Assembly (NCBI GenBank): GCA_004764695.1
Contig: SMSO01000010.1
Location: forward strand, 61,454-125,453
Direction of reading: 5' to 3'
DNA from: Schizochytrium sp. TIO01
Lineage: Eukaryota; Protista; Bigyra: Labyrinthulomycetes
Length of the DNA stretch: 64,000 nucleotides
Shown here piece after piece: positions 11,702 to 25,560 of this stretch (positions within the stretch are counted from its first letter, which is position 1; each line of letters begins with the position of its first letter). The notes beneath the pieces were generated by a model, which was not told where the DNA came from, made no database searches, and saw only the letters and a list, made by a program, of their open reading frames with translations. The position numbers and the translations under genes are program-made.

Positions 11702-14346
11702 ACACAGTAAATTGTTCATTAGTCACGCGATGGCAAACCAACTAATTCTATAGCAATAAGACATTTACAAAAAGCTTGAAACATTTAGTACTTTCCGCTC
11801 GACCGTTTGTTGTGTTGTTGATCTCATGTTGCGCTTCCTTGTCACTGACATTTTTGTTTTCCACCAAGATATCAAGTTTGTGTAAGCACTTGCTTCCTTG
11901 TAATCCCTCAAGATCATCCAACTACAGTCCTAGTATAAACTATAAGAGTCAGCTGCCGATATCTTGAAAGATTGAAGTGAAAGAAATTTTCTTGTAGAAA
12001 AGAACTTCGATACCCACAAAACAAGGCAAGGTTAACTATAACTTGTTCCGTAGAGAGATGCGCTTGGGTTGGCATCTACGAATAAAGACAGTGTAACGTT
12101 TTACTTTCTTGGTTTCGAATAATTTAATCAAGATGCTGATTCTAGCTGGCAATTTTACAGAAGCTGCGGCTACCGGCTAGAAAGGCAAGTAAATTGAACA
12201 ATAATACCGAAAGATGAGTCTAGCCAGCTGGAGGCTGGATATAATTATGAAGACAAGAGCCTTGATGAAAGCTTTCAGAAGGTTCATTTAAGGAGTTAGT
12301 GAACTGCTGTCTTGGATAAGAATTTCAGGTAAGACGGATTTATGTAATAATTAGGGGGCTAAGACATTCTTGGACTGTGCTAGATGTACTTGACAGGGTT
12401 AGTTTATTTCAACTTATTCATTAATCAATCCAGGTTTCACCATATCTGGTTCTTAGTAATGTGAAATTGCGCGTTTGGTTCTTGGCTTCTCACCCACATA
12501 AGTTTGATTGTCTAGTTCGGTTCTATTGAATGCCCCATATCTATCAGGTTCTAACAAAGGGACACCGAGAACTCTAGCAATGCCGCGTCCACTAGTTCCT
12601 CTGATAATTAGAACTCTCAGCAACTACTATGTATGTATATATATATTTAAGTAGGCAATCGTTTTCAGAAATGTGTGATGTACCAGAACATCCACTTGTG
12701 TTGAACATGGTGACCTCCAAGCCACCAAATAAGAAGTTCTGGCCAATCTGTAAGCTCTTACTATATTTCAAATAAGCAGAAATAAAGAGATGCTTGAATA
12801 TCTGCTGGGGACCTACCCTTGGATAGATCATAAGTAAACTCCATGGTGTCTCGTATTATAAAGTACATCCGCTATATTGATGAGAAAATCTGAAATACTT
12901 TGCTAAGGTCAAGAGATTGCAAAATCGTATAATTTAAAACGCCTCAGTCTTCATGGGTTACTATATTCAGCCTTTATATATCAAGTACTAGATTCCTGAG
13001 TAAACTTGCCTGTTGGGAAGTATCAACTTTCAATATTAAGCCAGTGTGAATGGCATACTTTACTTTGGCGAAGGTCATATATGTCCAAGTTTAGCTAAAA
13101 TATCCATTTAGCTTGCATTCAACTGGATGGATATGCATAACTTTTGGTTAAGGCGTCATAGTTTTCTCTGGTATATGCACACAGCAAACATCGTTTTATC
13201 TTGAAATTGCAATATTTTACTTTTGACACGCCTCCCGTGTTTCGTAAGATGCTTAGGGAACTCAGGTTACAAGTGGAGGTCCCCCTTCATCAAGGCTTTA
13301 TATTTAAACTGGTTATGGAAATGGAGCAGACCAATTATATAGCACTGAACCTCATAACACTATCTGTGTTATTAACAAAGGTTCGCGATACGGATAATGC
13401 GGCTCAGATTCCCTTAAATATGGTGTCAGTATTCCACTTTCACCATCATCTTTACGTTGAACACCAAAGAAAGAAACTACTACCAGTGTAATTCAATTTA
13501 ATAATGCTCAATCTTGCTTATAGCATATGCTTAACAATCTATATTCGTTTGCTCTCCTTGTAGATGTAAACCTTTTAAGCAACTATGTTTTTGATGAAGT
13601 TTCGTTTGTAGAAATTAGGCCGCCCACAGAAGAAACCGTGAACCGTGAAACGCTCATTGTTTTGTCTTTCATCTCACTGGCGTATGGCATCAATCTCTAG
13701 TAACGAGGTAACTATAATCACTAGTGCTCAAACCTGCCCTTCATTGGTTTAGACGAGGCAGCGTTTGCTCCTCCAGCCTCTTCTCATTCAGAGCGAGTAC
13801 ACGGTTTTCACTCACTCAGGGTTCAAGCTAATTTCTTGGACACCTGCTCTCTCATCGTACCGATGCGGTTTGATCCGCAAGTTACAGGATGGAAAGGGTC
13901 CGCCTCTGGCTGACGATTGAGGGTGCCTGGGGCCCTCGCTTATCGTGATGCTGTCTGGTCTTGGTCCTCCTACTGCCTTTTGGCCTTTTGTCCGTGACAG
14001 CACTATGCAGGGCCCTCGCTGCCTGCCCGTCGCTAGCAGTTCTCCTTCATCCTCGCGTTCGCACGCACGCACGCACCGCTCAGCTAGCCTCTGGGAGGGC
14101 ACTCTGCTTGGCTGTTCTGGCAGCGTCAAAGTCACCGCCTCCAGATTAAAACAGACAAACCAACCAACCAACAAACAAACAACCCCAGAAAACCAACTCA
14201 CTCTGTCATGGACAGCCAGGAGGCCAGCGAGTGCGTGACACCTTCTCTCCTGAAAGCTCTCGCTACGGACCGCTCTACCCAAGCAAGCAAGCAAGCAAGG
14301 GAACAAGCGTTCTGCGAAATGCACCTTCCTCAGACTCCAGCCTTCC

Positions 14347-14441
14347 CAAACAAACAATCAAACAAACAATCAAACAAACAATCAAACAAACAATCAAACA
14401 AACAATCAAACAAACAATCAAACAAACAATCAAACAAACAA
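14347..14441. repeat. 12-bp repeat CAAACAAACAAT, ~8 copies
   Basis: Direct read. Confidence 0.9.
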
Positions 14442-14807
14442 GAAAGAAAGAAAGAAAGGAAAAAGGAAATCACGCTGTCTCCTCACGCTGTCCCCAGTAC
14501 ACACCTTCCCGCGTAGGAAGCTGTTAAGGTACCCTAAGTATCACGCGTGATTGCGGTGACTACTCATTGGCTAAGAGCTGGTAATGTAGGGCAAAAGCGA
14601 CGGACATAGCAGGTCCATAGGAACCCATTGATCTCCAGATAGAAAGGTTCCTGAATGAGGCATGGACAGATCGACGAACAGACAAAGAGACAAACAGAGA
14701 AAGAGAGAGAGAGAGATAGGAAAGTGGACAGATAGTTTTGATGGGGTTTCAAGAGAGAGGGGGCTTTGAATAAGTGGAGCCATGCGATCACTCGACGGAG
14801 CGCAGAG

Positions 14808-14894
14808 GCATTGCATTGTACTGCATTGCATTGTACTGCATTGCATTGTACTGCATTGCATTGTACTGCATTGCATTGTACTGCATTGCATTGT
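14808..14894. repeat. 15-bp minisatellite CTGCATTGCATTGTA, ~6 copies
   Basis: Direct read. Confidence 0.9.
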
Positions 14895-16396
14895 AGGATG
14901 CTCACCGGCGTTCGCTCTGTTCGTTTGGTCTGTCTTCAGGCGTGCGTGCGTTCGCCTTTGCGAGTAGCACATCACGCGCTGGGACGAGGATCTGGTCTCT
15001 CTCTGCGGCTTCGAAGGCAGTCGAGCGAGCGCACAAACAAAGTTTAGGACGCCCGCTAGCTAAGCCAGGTGTTTGTTTGGGTGCACTCCGTCCTCAGGTC
15101 GGTCTCTCAGGAAGACAGACGCTTCGGCGTTTGCATCCTCCGCCTCATCGATGAAGACCGCGGCCAACGGAGCGGCCAATCGATGCGAGCGCGGCATTGG
15201 GTACAATCATTTGGGATCCTACCTGTGCGGTCAGGCGCCACACCGCGCAGCGCCCATTTATTTGCATATCAGCGCATGCACTCTTTCTGAGTGTGCGTGC
15301 ATTTGTAGGCGAATGGTGGCGGTAGCGCGCACTACCGCTTTCTCTAGCTGGAGAGTCGAATGGGAACGCCTTCTGTGGTACATGATAGTGTCGAGCGTCA
15401 AGTCAGGCACAAAAGTGCACACCTACCTGTTCATGGGCTCACGGAGTTACTTAGTCCTCCTCTGCGCTCTCGCGATCGCTCACTTTGGCGCTCACTTCGC
15501 TTCGAGCTATATCCTGCAGCTTCTGCGGATAGTGCTCGGAAACGCATCGCAGTGATTCAACCATGTTTGAGCAAAGCGGCGGAGGGATGCTTAAGAGAAG
15601 AACCGCGAAGGCCTCTCTGCAGACATGTGCATCTTTTTGCCGTTCTCCCCCCCCATCTCTTTCTCAGAGGCAGAGGCGGGCTTAGTGGTTTGCTATGGCG
15701 CGGGATAGGACTCGCAGTTTAAAATTTGGTAAAAAGAAATAAGAGGCATCGTCGAAGAAATAAAGGTTTTAACTTTTTTCTTTTCTTTTTAAAGTAAAGC
15801 TAGTAATGAGAGAAAGCAGAGGGGACGGAGGGAGCGGGACTGGTTCCCGTTTGCGAAATCTTCCTCAGGAACATACAGAACTTTTCCGGTCGCTGACTCC
15901 TGAAAGGAAACAACGAAATGAAAAGGCAAAGTGAGTGTCGCCTCAATCAATCGCCCTCAGACGTCTCCAAAGACCGAACCATGGCGTTAGGGTATGCTTA
16001 GGCGCCCGCTACCCTCCGCAGCCATGCCTATGGACACGGACCACGCGCATTGCACTTTGAAGGGGCCGAGTTTCCAACTGCTCTGCCGAAGGAACAAAAG
16101 ACAAAGAGCTCAGACCGAAGCAAGCAGAGCAGAGCAAAGCAGAGCAGAGCAGAGCAGAACAGACAGACAGACAGACAAACAAACAAAGAAACAGAAAACC
16201 GAAAAGATCCAAATCAGGCAAACTTCTTCTTCTCTTCTTCTTCTTCTTCTTTGACCATTATCGCCGCAGGCCTTCTCTCCAATACCAATGGAGAGCGATC
16301 GATTATCGTGCCTCGAATCGGAGATCACTCGTGCTTCGTCAGCGACGCCTTTTAAACAAATTAGTAGATAAATAAGTAGATAAATAAGTAGACAGA

Positions 16397-16426
16397 TCAA
16401 TAAATCAATCAATAAATCAATCAATA

Positions 16427-16469
<43 letters not shown>

Positions 16470-16519
16470 AAATCAATCAATAAATCAATAAATAAATCAA
16501 TCAATAAATCAATCAATCA
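16397..16519. repeat. (AATC/AATA)n microsatellite
   Basis: Direct read. Confidence 0.9.
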
Positions 16520-16932
16520 GCGACCGGGAGGCGTGGCGCCATGATGGATCATAGCCGCCATCCTTCTTCAACGAGACCTCTAATCCGCCTGCAACATTCC
16601 TTTCCCTCTTATTTTACTTTCCCTGACGAATTTCTGCATCCACAATATAATTTAAAATTAAGTTAATGATACTACTAAATAGATTCTTATTTTTAAAAAT
16701 ACTAAAAAAAACTAAACGAGATTACTGAACCAACTGGGCATTTTAAATCGCTTTTTTCTTTAAAGTCAGAAGAAAGTCATTCCAAAAAGTCCTCCTTCGC
16801 ATGCATGGACAGTACTTTTGGGATGATTGCGCCTTCCAAGAGCGCACTCTTTTTCCCCAGCGGCCAAGCAGTCAGCGGCGACGGCGTAGTTAGGCTGCCG
16901 CTCGGAGTTTCTTGCGCAGTTTAGCTGCAATG

Positions 16933-16984
<52 letters not shown>
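16933..16984. repeat. (AGCA)13 microsatellite
   Basis: Direct read. Confidence 0.95.
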
Positions 16985-16985
<1 letters not shown>

Positions 16986-18626
16986 CCAGCTCTCCATGAT
17001 TAACTTTCGCACGAACACAGAAAGGCAGACTCCGTCGTTTGCGTTTGCGTTTGCGTCTGCCTCGTCGCCGCCTCAGCCAGCCTCGCTTGCTGGCTCGCCA
17101 ACAGGTAATCGCCTCTCCTTTCAAGTTTGGGCACAGTTCTTTTGTTTGTTGAGCAGAGTTAGGCAGCATCGTAGCACGAACAAGGGCACTTGACGCCGGG
17201 ATGGTAGAAAAGTGAATTAGAGAAGGGAAGGTTTATCTTCACTTGTTACATTGGCTTGCGCTATAAAATTTATTTTTGAGATCAATAAAAATATTAGAAT
17301 TATGAATTTTGATCCTTAATTTTTTAAATATATATAAATGGAGCGATGATTGGTCAACCGAAAGCGGTCGAGAGGAGAGAGAAAGCAACCCCTCAAGAAT
17401 TAGGCAGACTGTTGACCAGGCGAGTGAATATGGAAAAGCAGGAAACATTCTGATTGCAGAAAATATCTGAAGTTGTAGAGACAACTTTCGCACGCATATA
17501 TATATTTTTCTCAAAATATAACTTTTAAAGTATAGATGCTTTTGATTTTTGATTAGTTTAAAAACAAACTATGTTTTCCTTTTTTTTTTTTTTTTTTTTT
17601 TTTTAAATGTTTTTTTTAAAGACCTAAAATACTTTCATGTAAATCTTATTTTTGAAAAGATGGAGGATGGAGGATAAACGAACAGAAAATGCTTCTCGAA
17701 GTTGGTAATTCAACGAAAGAAAGCAAAAAACCCTCATAGCGTAGGCGATTTATGACAAAGTATAACATGTTCCTTTCTGCCGTCCGAGGATTCTAATGCT
17801 GTCTTGGTTTTTCAAAACTTTCTCAAAAGAAGAAATCCAACCGAATATTCATTAATCATTTTTCTCTTTTTTTAAGCGGGCTGTAATAAGCGGGCTAGTA
17901 CGTGTCATGACTCTGCAGGATATTGTCTGACCCTAGCAAAACGATACATTACCTAACTCCCCCTTCAAATAAGCCTCATAAGATACAGTAAATCTTCTCT
18001 CGCTTCCTCCGGCCTTTCAAAGCAAGGCGGCGATTTCAAAGAAGAAGAAGAAGAAGAAGAACCAAAAGAACCATTGCATTCTTTTCTGCGTCCTCCTTTT
18101 TCCACTCGTCACGCTCATCATTGGCGCGTAGTGGCACGTATATGTGGGCGTCTGCTCCGAGGGACGGCTGATGCGTCCGGTTAGGATAGGCTTTCATTGT
18201 GTTTGTTTTCATGGATCATTTTATTTGTTGTTGTTGTTGTTGATAAAGTTTAAAGAAAGAAGATGCGGTCCTTAAGTATTCTGCATCTTGTTGGTGTTTA
18301 TTTAATAAATATAAGGTTGACAATAAAATTGAAAACCAAAATACAATGAAATAGAATGAATAAATAAATATGATCAGAAGGTAAAAAAAGGAAGAGACAA
18401 GGAAGGCAGAACATGGAGGAGTTAATTTCGTATCATGAGCTACTTCTGGAAACGAGGGGGGAAGATCAGCTTCGATTCCAGCTGGCCCGTTCGTAATTCC
18501 TAGATTAATTTACCCCGCTTTTCCCTTCGCGATCCCGGCTTTGACTGGCGCGAACGAGGACCTCCTCCTCTTCAACCTCCAACACGGACGCATCGCCCAG
18601 AGACGGTAATGGGCGTCGTCGCCTTT

Positions 18627-18684
18627 TCTTCTTCTTCTTCTTCTTCTTCTTCTTCTTCTTCTTCTTCTTCTTCTTCTTCTTCTT
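18627..18684. repeat. (TTC)~19 microsatellite
   Basis: Direct read. Confidence 0.95.
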
Positions 18685-19307
18685 CCCAGCTCGCTCGCTC
18701 TTACATTCCATGCAGAATTTCACTCGACCCAAACGGGCGACGGCCTCAGTTAATATAATAACGCAGCAGTAGTTTAGAGTCCTCTGCAACGTCTTTTCCC
18801 AATTTGCTTTCCTGAAAAGAAAAGAAAAGAAAAGAAAAGAAAAGAAAAGAAAGCTTTTCATTCGCCAGCACATGAAATGAGAGCGAACTAAGGGCTAATT
18901 GACTAACTAAGTATCTTTCTATCAGGCACTGATTAATGGAGCTGGGCTGGATGAACCAGCGAGGCAGCGGACTACTGACTAGCTAGTTATAGCTAGTGCG
19001 CTAGCTAACTGACTGACTGACTGCCTTAAGCGAGCTGGTCCCTCTTTGTATGCAAGGCGTAGCAGCAACGGAGCACTCAAAACAAGGGAGGAAGGCGCAC
19101 ACCTTCCATCGCTGCACCATTTCGACTTGCTTGCTTAGTTGTTTGGTTGCTTAGTTGCTCAGTTTTTTGAAGTTTTGTGGTCACTGTTTCCATCCCACGA
19201 AAGTCGATGAGCGATGGGAACGGATGGAGCCCGAACCATCGAAAGAGAGGACTGCAGGAAGGTCTAGCTGGAATAAAAGCGAACTTCGTGGCTCTTTTTT
19301 TGATCTT

Positions 19308-19612
19308 GTTTATTTGTTTGTTTGTTTGTTTGTTTGTTTGTTTGTTTGTTTGTTTGTTTGTTTGTTTGTTTGTTTGTTTGTTTGTTTGTTTGTTTGTTTG
19401 TTTGTTTGTTTGTTTGTTTGTTTGTTTGTTTGTTTGTTTGTTTGTTTGTTTGTTTGTTTGTTTGTTTGTTTGTTTGTTTGTTTGTTTGTTTGTTTGTTTG
19501 TTTGTTTGTTTGTTTGTTTGTTTGTTTGTTTGTTTGTTTGTTTGTTTGTTTGTTTGTTTGTTTGTTTGTTTGTTTGTTTGTTTGTTTATTTGTTTGTTTG
19601 TTTGTTTGTTTG
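19308..19612. repeat. Very long (TTTG)~75 microsatellite
   Basis: ~300 bp, almost perfect. Confidence 0.97.
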
Positions 19613-22600
19613 TTCTTTGTTCAAGTTTGTTTGTTTGTTTGTTGTAGGTTTTTTATTTTCAGTGTTTTGTTTTAAGTTTTTTGTTTTAAGTTTTTTGTTT
19701 TCAATTGTTTGATTCTTTGTTTGTTTGTCAAAGGCCTCATAGATAAAACCAGGCCTCAATACGCCACGCATACATCTCACTCCAACGCGAGTTCGAGTGC
19801 GATGGCGATGATCTTTACTCACTTCTCTCCACTCTGCGAGGGGTCCGAAGGCCTCTCTGCCTTGCCTCTTTTCTCTGCCCGTGCGCCTTTCTCTTCTCCC
19901 CAAAGCCAGAGCGCATACTTCGTCAGTTTCTTACTTACTTACTTACTCACTTACTCACTTACTTAGTTGGTAATCCTATCGTCGGTTCTGCTCAAGAATC
20001 CGGAGCCCTCTCTTCCCTGCGAAGACAAGGGAGGCGAAACGAAACGTCTGGCTGGGAGCAGCAGCGGTCTGAGTGAAGCGCATAGGCAGCAGCTTCTGGA
20101 GCTGTCCGTTGTGGTGGCGAGCTGAGCTCTGTCCGCTTTCTGCCTCCTCGCGCTTCGCTGTCTCCTTCCCGCTAAGCCTCTTCTTTCTTCAGAGCTGGTA
20201 CCATCCATGTGCGCACTGTGCTCGTGAAAGAGAGAGATGCCTGCTTAAATGCGCTTACCGCTGTGAAGAGGTGCGTGAATGAGAGGTTTGGAGTGCGCTC
20301 ATTGATTGATTCATTTGATTTAATTAGATTGATTGATGGATTGAATGATGGGAGTCGTTGTTTTTTTGATCACTGGAGCCCACGAAAGCACAAAACACAG
20401 ACTGCTCAGTGAGACATGCGCATCGAATTGGACTCCAGCAAGGAATTCACGGACCTCGCAGAGGGCATCACGGGCGGCGAAATCGACCTCAGAGCAGAGC
20501 CGAGAGCCAATCAATGGGGAAGGTCAGAGAGTAGAGGAGGGGATTGGAGAACAGAATACAAGAGAAGAGAGTAGAATAGACTAGAACAGAGTAGACGAAG
20601 CCAGGTGAAGCGAAGGAGTGGCTATCTCCTCAGAAATCATAAAACTGGGTCGGTTGTTTTTCATAAAATAACTTGAAAGGAATCTTTGCGTTCAATATCT
20701 CACCCTGGCTATTTGTATAAATAATAATATAAATGAATATACGTATATTATATATCATATAATACATGTCTTGAATCTGCTTACGCTCGCGCTGTTGCAG
20801 TATCTATCTCCACGAGCAATTTTCAGCACTAAACTCGAAGGACCTCGAGAACGTGCTCTGTACGCCTAAAGTGGTATGTGTCCGTCGTCGATTGCCACTT
20901 TTGGGATATTCATGGTTCTGGCCACCACGTATCAACCAACTTCTTTTGAAGCCTTGCAGCTGACTGCTCAGTGGCACAAAGTGCGAAGCGCACAGTATAG
21001 GAACAGCCAACGTCTCCCTAGCTTTTACTAGAATCAGTCCTCCTTCAGTGCAGTACACACCCCAGTTCAATGCTCGCTCTCTTCCGCCGCAGTTCACTCT
21101 AAGTTCTGTATTTCTGTGCTCATTAAGTAGGGTACACAGGTCGTATGTCCCACGTAAGAAGTCTTCAGGGCGTACTTGCGCTCGAAACTTGACTTCGAAG
21201 ATGGACCTATGACTACCCTCCAGTTGGCGGCGATGGATGAAAAGCCGATGTGGAGGCAAGCTAGCCAGCTGTTGACAGTCATAACGCAGGAACACCTCGG
21301 CCCAGCTCTAGGGGACCATCTGGCCACTCAATCCCACGGCTAAAAATAGCGAGAGACCTTCCCAAAGACATTTTCGAAGAGCGTTTGAAACTTAGTGCGG
21401 CGTAAGAATAGAAGCTAACGGTGCGCTGCCGCACACGTACATAGCATAGATACATACCTTACTCTTCGACGCGTAGTGCGGCGAAACCTGCAGACTGTAA
21501 TGGTAAATTAACGCATATTGCTCAGACCGCCTTACTTTCAGATACTTTCGGGACAATCAATCACAGTGTGTTTTCCGGTTTCGCGCGTCGTTTGACTTAT
21601 TGGTCGCTGTTTTATATTCAAGATCAAGATGGCGAGCCCCCCAATATGAATAGACAGAGCGAAAGAGGAGGTCTGAAGCTTCAGGCCTCAGTTGATGACG
21701 CCAGGATTGATTAAAGCGATGGAGGAGCGAGGCAGTGGCCAGTTATGAGCAGGGCAGCAGTGCAACTTGGACCATCAATCGATTGGTGGCGAGCCTTCAA
21801 AAGTAGATTACCATTTTTGCTAAGCACAATTCGCTCCCACACAGAACACAGAAGGCGGTAGGACGTGGATAGGCACCCTAAGTGCCACTTAGTTACTTAC
21901 TCTCGTGCGGTCCTTTCCTTCCTTATGACTTCGTGCGTTAGCTGGCTAGTTAGCTGGCTAGCTAGCAGTAGGGCGCCTGGTGAATTAATTAACTCTTGTG
22001 AGAGGCAGACAGAAATCGAGCAAGCTCAAATCTCATGAGAAGCGGGCTTTCTTTCTAATCTCTTCAACAAAAGAGAGCCCTGGAGAGGGGATCAAAGAGC
22101 TAAGTAAGTCTTTTGGACTTCGGTTGGGACCCATAGCTATATTCGCAGAGCGGCTTCTTCGTGTCGGTTCGACATGTAGCTCGTCTTTCAAGTGGCCGAG
22201 AGGCGCGCTCCACCCATTCAGAGTCCGGCGGCTTACAGATAAATGCTCTTGCGATCTTGAAAAAGCTCAAACGGCCTATCGCAGATTGGTCAGAATTCGC
22301 AGCAGCGACTAAGGAGGGAGATAGAGAGATACCCGTAACGTCCAAGTACACTCAACGCAGATGCCACGAGAAGATGGATTAATTAACGAACATTGATTTA
22401 TCGTGGCGTGCTTGGACCCTCCAGACTTAGAAGCTGCCTTCGTCCACGCACATTTATTCATTCATTCATTCATTCATTTACGCACTCACTCGATCCTTCA
22501 ATACGCAAATGAATCAATGAATGAGCGGCCAATCATACAAACACGCGAACGAACGAACGCTCCGCCAATGCTTAAGCTCTTCGAAAGAGGCAGCGATGTT

Positions 22601-23848
22601 TCCTTCATCTGCCCGCCCTTGAATGGGCTGTTACACCAATTTACTCATTCTTCAATTCGTTCCTTCATAGCTACTTTGCACTCAAATCTCTCCATCCCTC
22701 GCACGTCTAACGTCTCTGTGTGACATGGATTCCTTCCTTCCTTCATACGTGGGATGAAGACCCCTCTGAGACGTGCTAATGATGGCTGATATCTTTCTTT
22801 CTTTCTTTGCCTGGCCAGTGGATGGCCTGTGGCGGTCTGGCTCGCACTCGCATGCATGTTACATCACGTACCGTCGACTCTTCTTTTTTCTTTCCAGAGA
22901 GATAGATAGCTAGCTAACTAGGTAGGTAGCTAGGTGCCTAACGGGCCCCAGGAGTTTCGCCTTCTCCAACAAACTCCGAGGCGCTTCGGGTTTGGGTCGA
23001 AAGCGAAGAGAAGGCTTTTAAAGCTTCGTTAACTTTGAAGAAGGAAGCGCCTTTTTGAAATCTATCTACTACCTACCTATCGATCTTTTATCTTTTATTC
23101 TTTCTTGGTTTATTTCTCGAACTGAAAAAGCGCTTCATCTTTTTTTCTTTCCCTTTTTAATTTTATTTTCATTGTTTTCATTATTTTCATTTTCAACATT
23201 TAAAAGAGTGAAAAGGAAGTTTTATTTTAAATTATACTTAATTTAAAAGATCATTTGCTCGATCGATAATACTTAAAAATAAAAAATCAATCTCTTCAAA
23301 AGCTAAAAGCAAAAAAGCTGGCACTTTAACAAAACAAATTATTATTTAAAACATCATTTTCCTTCTTTTTGTATAAAAAGCGACGTGGCAGCGAGACCGG
23401 CCTACGGGTACCCCCACAGCTTCTTGTACTCCGCTCGAACCGCAGTCACAGGAGGGCGGAGGAAGAGCTACAGTCCGTCATGGAGACCTGCGGAGCCCCC
23501 TTGGGGTGCGCGCAGGTCCAATCTTCCCGACCTGTAGCGAGCCAGCCAGCGATTAATCAATCAATCGACATCAATCAAGTTGTGATCAAGTTGTAATCAA
23601 AGGAATAAATGAATAAATGAATCCATGAATCAATCAAATTGAAATCAAATTGAAATCAAATTGAAATCAAATCAATCAATGAATCAAAATCTAATCATGA
23701 AGAAGCAGGCACCTCCGCAAAAGGAAGGCGAGTTCACGGAAAGACTTAGCTCAGAGTGTGCGAACGAGGTGGAAAATCTGGAAGGAAAGCCGAGGGACTC
23801 CTTCCTGCCCTTATGGCGCGGGGACTGCCTCGAGGAGGAGTTAGCAAC

Positions 23849-23938
23849 AATGAATGAATGAATGAATGAATGAATGAATGAATGAATGAATGAATGAATG
23901 AATGAATGAATGAATGAATGAATGAATGAATGAATGAA
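23849..23938. repeat. (AATG)~22 microsatellite
   Basis: Direct read. Confidence 0.95.
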
Positions 23939-24233
23939 AGGAGCCTGAGGGGTCGGTCTGTCAATCAAGGCTACAGCTTCGTTCGACTCGATCGATTCGC
24001 TTCTTTCTTGTGCAGGAAAGTAGAGGACCTGCACTGCTTCGCTTCGCTCGCTTCTCTTCGCTTCTCTTCGCTTCGCGCCGGAGCTCGCCTCGTCGAAGAT
24101 AAGCTTCGCGCGTACTCGTGCTCGTCAAGATCTTCCTTCTGCAATGCATGTTGAGTCGTGGATTGATTCGTTCATTCGATCGTTCATTCGATGGTTCAAG
24201 AATTCAAGAATTCATGAACTCATTGATCCATCG

Positions 24234-24234
<1 letters not shown>

Positions 24235-24324
<90 letters not shown>
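24235..24324. repeat. (TGAT)~22 microsatellite
   Basis: Direct read. Confidence 0.95.
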
Positions 24325-25469
24325 CATTCGTTGTCTCGAGCCGCCGCTGATCGGCATCACGACCAAGCGCAGCAGTCGGCACGGGCGAGACATGACTGCA
24401 CGCAGCGACGAAATGTCTTCTGCCGTGCGTGGCACACACGAAGCGCGAGCGAGTCCCATCCAAGGTCCACGGAGAGACAAACCGACAGAGACATAAATAC
24501 AGAGTCAGAGATACAGGTCCTGATGAACTGGGAGTGGAGAGGAGAGCAACGCGCGGATGAGCGATCGAGGCGAAGGAGATAATCAATCAATCAATCAATC
24601 CATCCTCTGCGGAGAAGAACGCCATGATCGCAGCGGTGACGATGGTGCCGGGGCCGTGATGGTTTCCAGGCAGCGCAGCAGGGAGACCGCCGGTGCTCCA
24701 GCGCTCAGGAAGGTCTTGCCCACGAGAGGCTGTCCCGTGGCCCTCGCCGGCGACCGCAAGGACGGGCTACATGTCCAGGCGAAGGAGGGGGAGGAGGAGA
24801 AGAAGAAGAAGAAGGAGAAGCGCAGGAGGGCCGCAGGGAAAGAGAGCGTCAGGAGCAGCAGCGACGCGGGATCGACCAAGTTATTCGCTGCTGCTGCTGC
24901 TGATGCTGCTGCTTCGCCGATTGATGCACTTTGAGCGAGCGCAATTCTTGGTCAAGATTTGTGAAGCCCACAGAAATGCACGCAGCGCACAGGAAGAGGG
25001 TGGAGAAGACCGGCGCCACCTTGTTCTGATTGTTGTTGTTGTGGTGGTTGTTGCTGTTGAGGTGCATCAGATAATGCTGGTATCTCAATTACATTTCGAT
25101 TTGCAATGATCAAAAGATCCACGGCGGAAGCGAAGAAGACTAGAAAGCGAACAGGGGAGGATTTGAGCATTGAGTTTTGCAGCTATCCACTGTGATTTAT
25201 AGAGCTGCATACGGCGAAGCCGCCCCCCCAAATGGTTCGTGAAGCACGCCGTCGAGTTCTTCTGTGGGCTTCGCGCCTTTTTTTGAGGTCAAGGCAGGAG
25301 AGCTTGAGTGATAGAACTGAAAATTGGAGAGACTTTAGATTGTAATAATAGCGAAGGCTGTGGAGGAGTTGGGGTCTCGCAAAGTCTGCGGTAATTGCCA
25401 ATATGGAAGAAGAGTTTCACCGGCCACTGCAAATTCCAGCCCTCAAATTTGAATCTCGAGAAGAATGGA

Positions 25470-25560
25470 TGCTCATGATGAAATTGAGGCAAGCAGCAAT
25501 CTATTTATAGGACTATATCACCTTTCTTGAATCAACTTTTTGTATTCACTTGCTGAGGCA
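25470..25560 (+). ncRNA. Weak candidate box C/D snoRNA
   Basis: Box C ATGATGA 25475-25481, box D CTGA 25553-25556, terminal stem TGCT/GGCA in kink-turn register; internal C'/D' not clear. Confidence 0.2.

Noticed and set aside
19155-19712. ORFs such as (FVCL)n, (MYVC)n, (SFIH)n, (SINQ)n
   Set aside because: Translations of stop-free microsatellites.
20804-21295. 163-aa minus ORF in an SSR-free block
   Set aside because: GTG start just after a stop, no codon bias, no recognisable motif.
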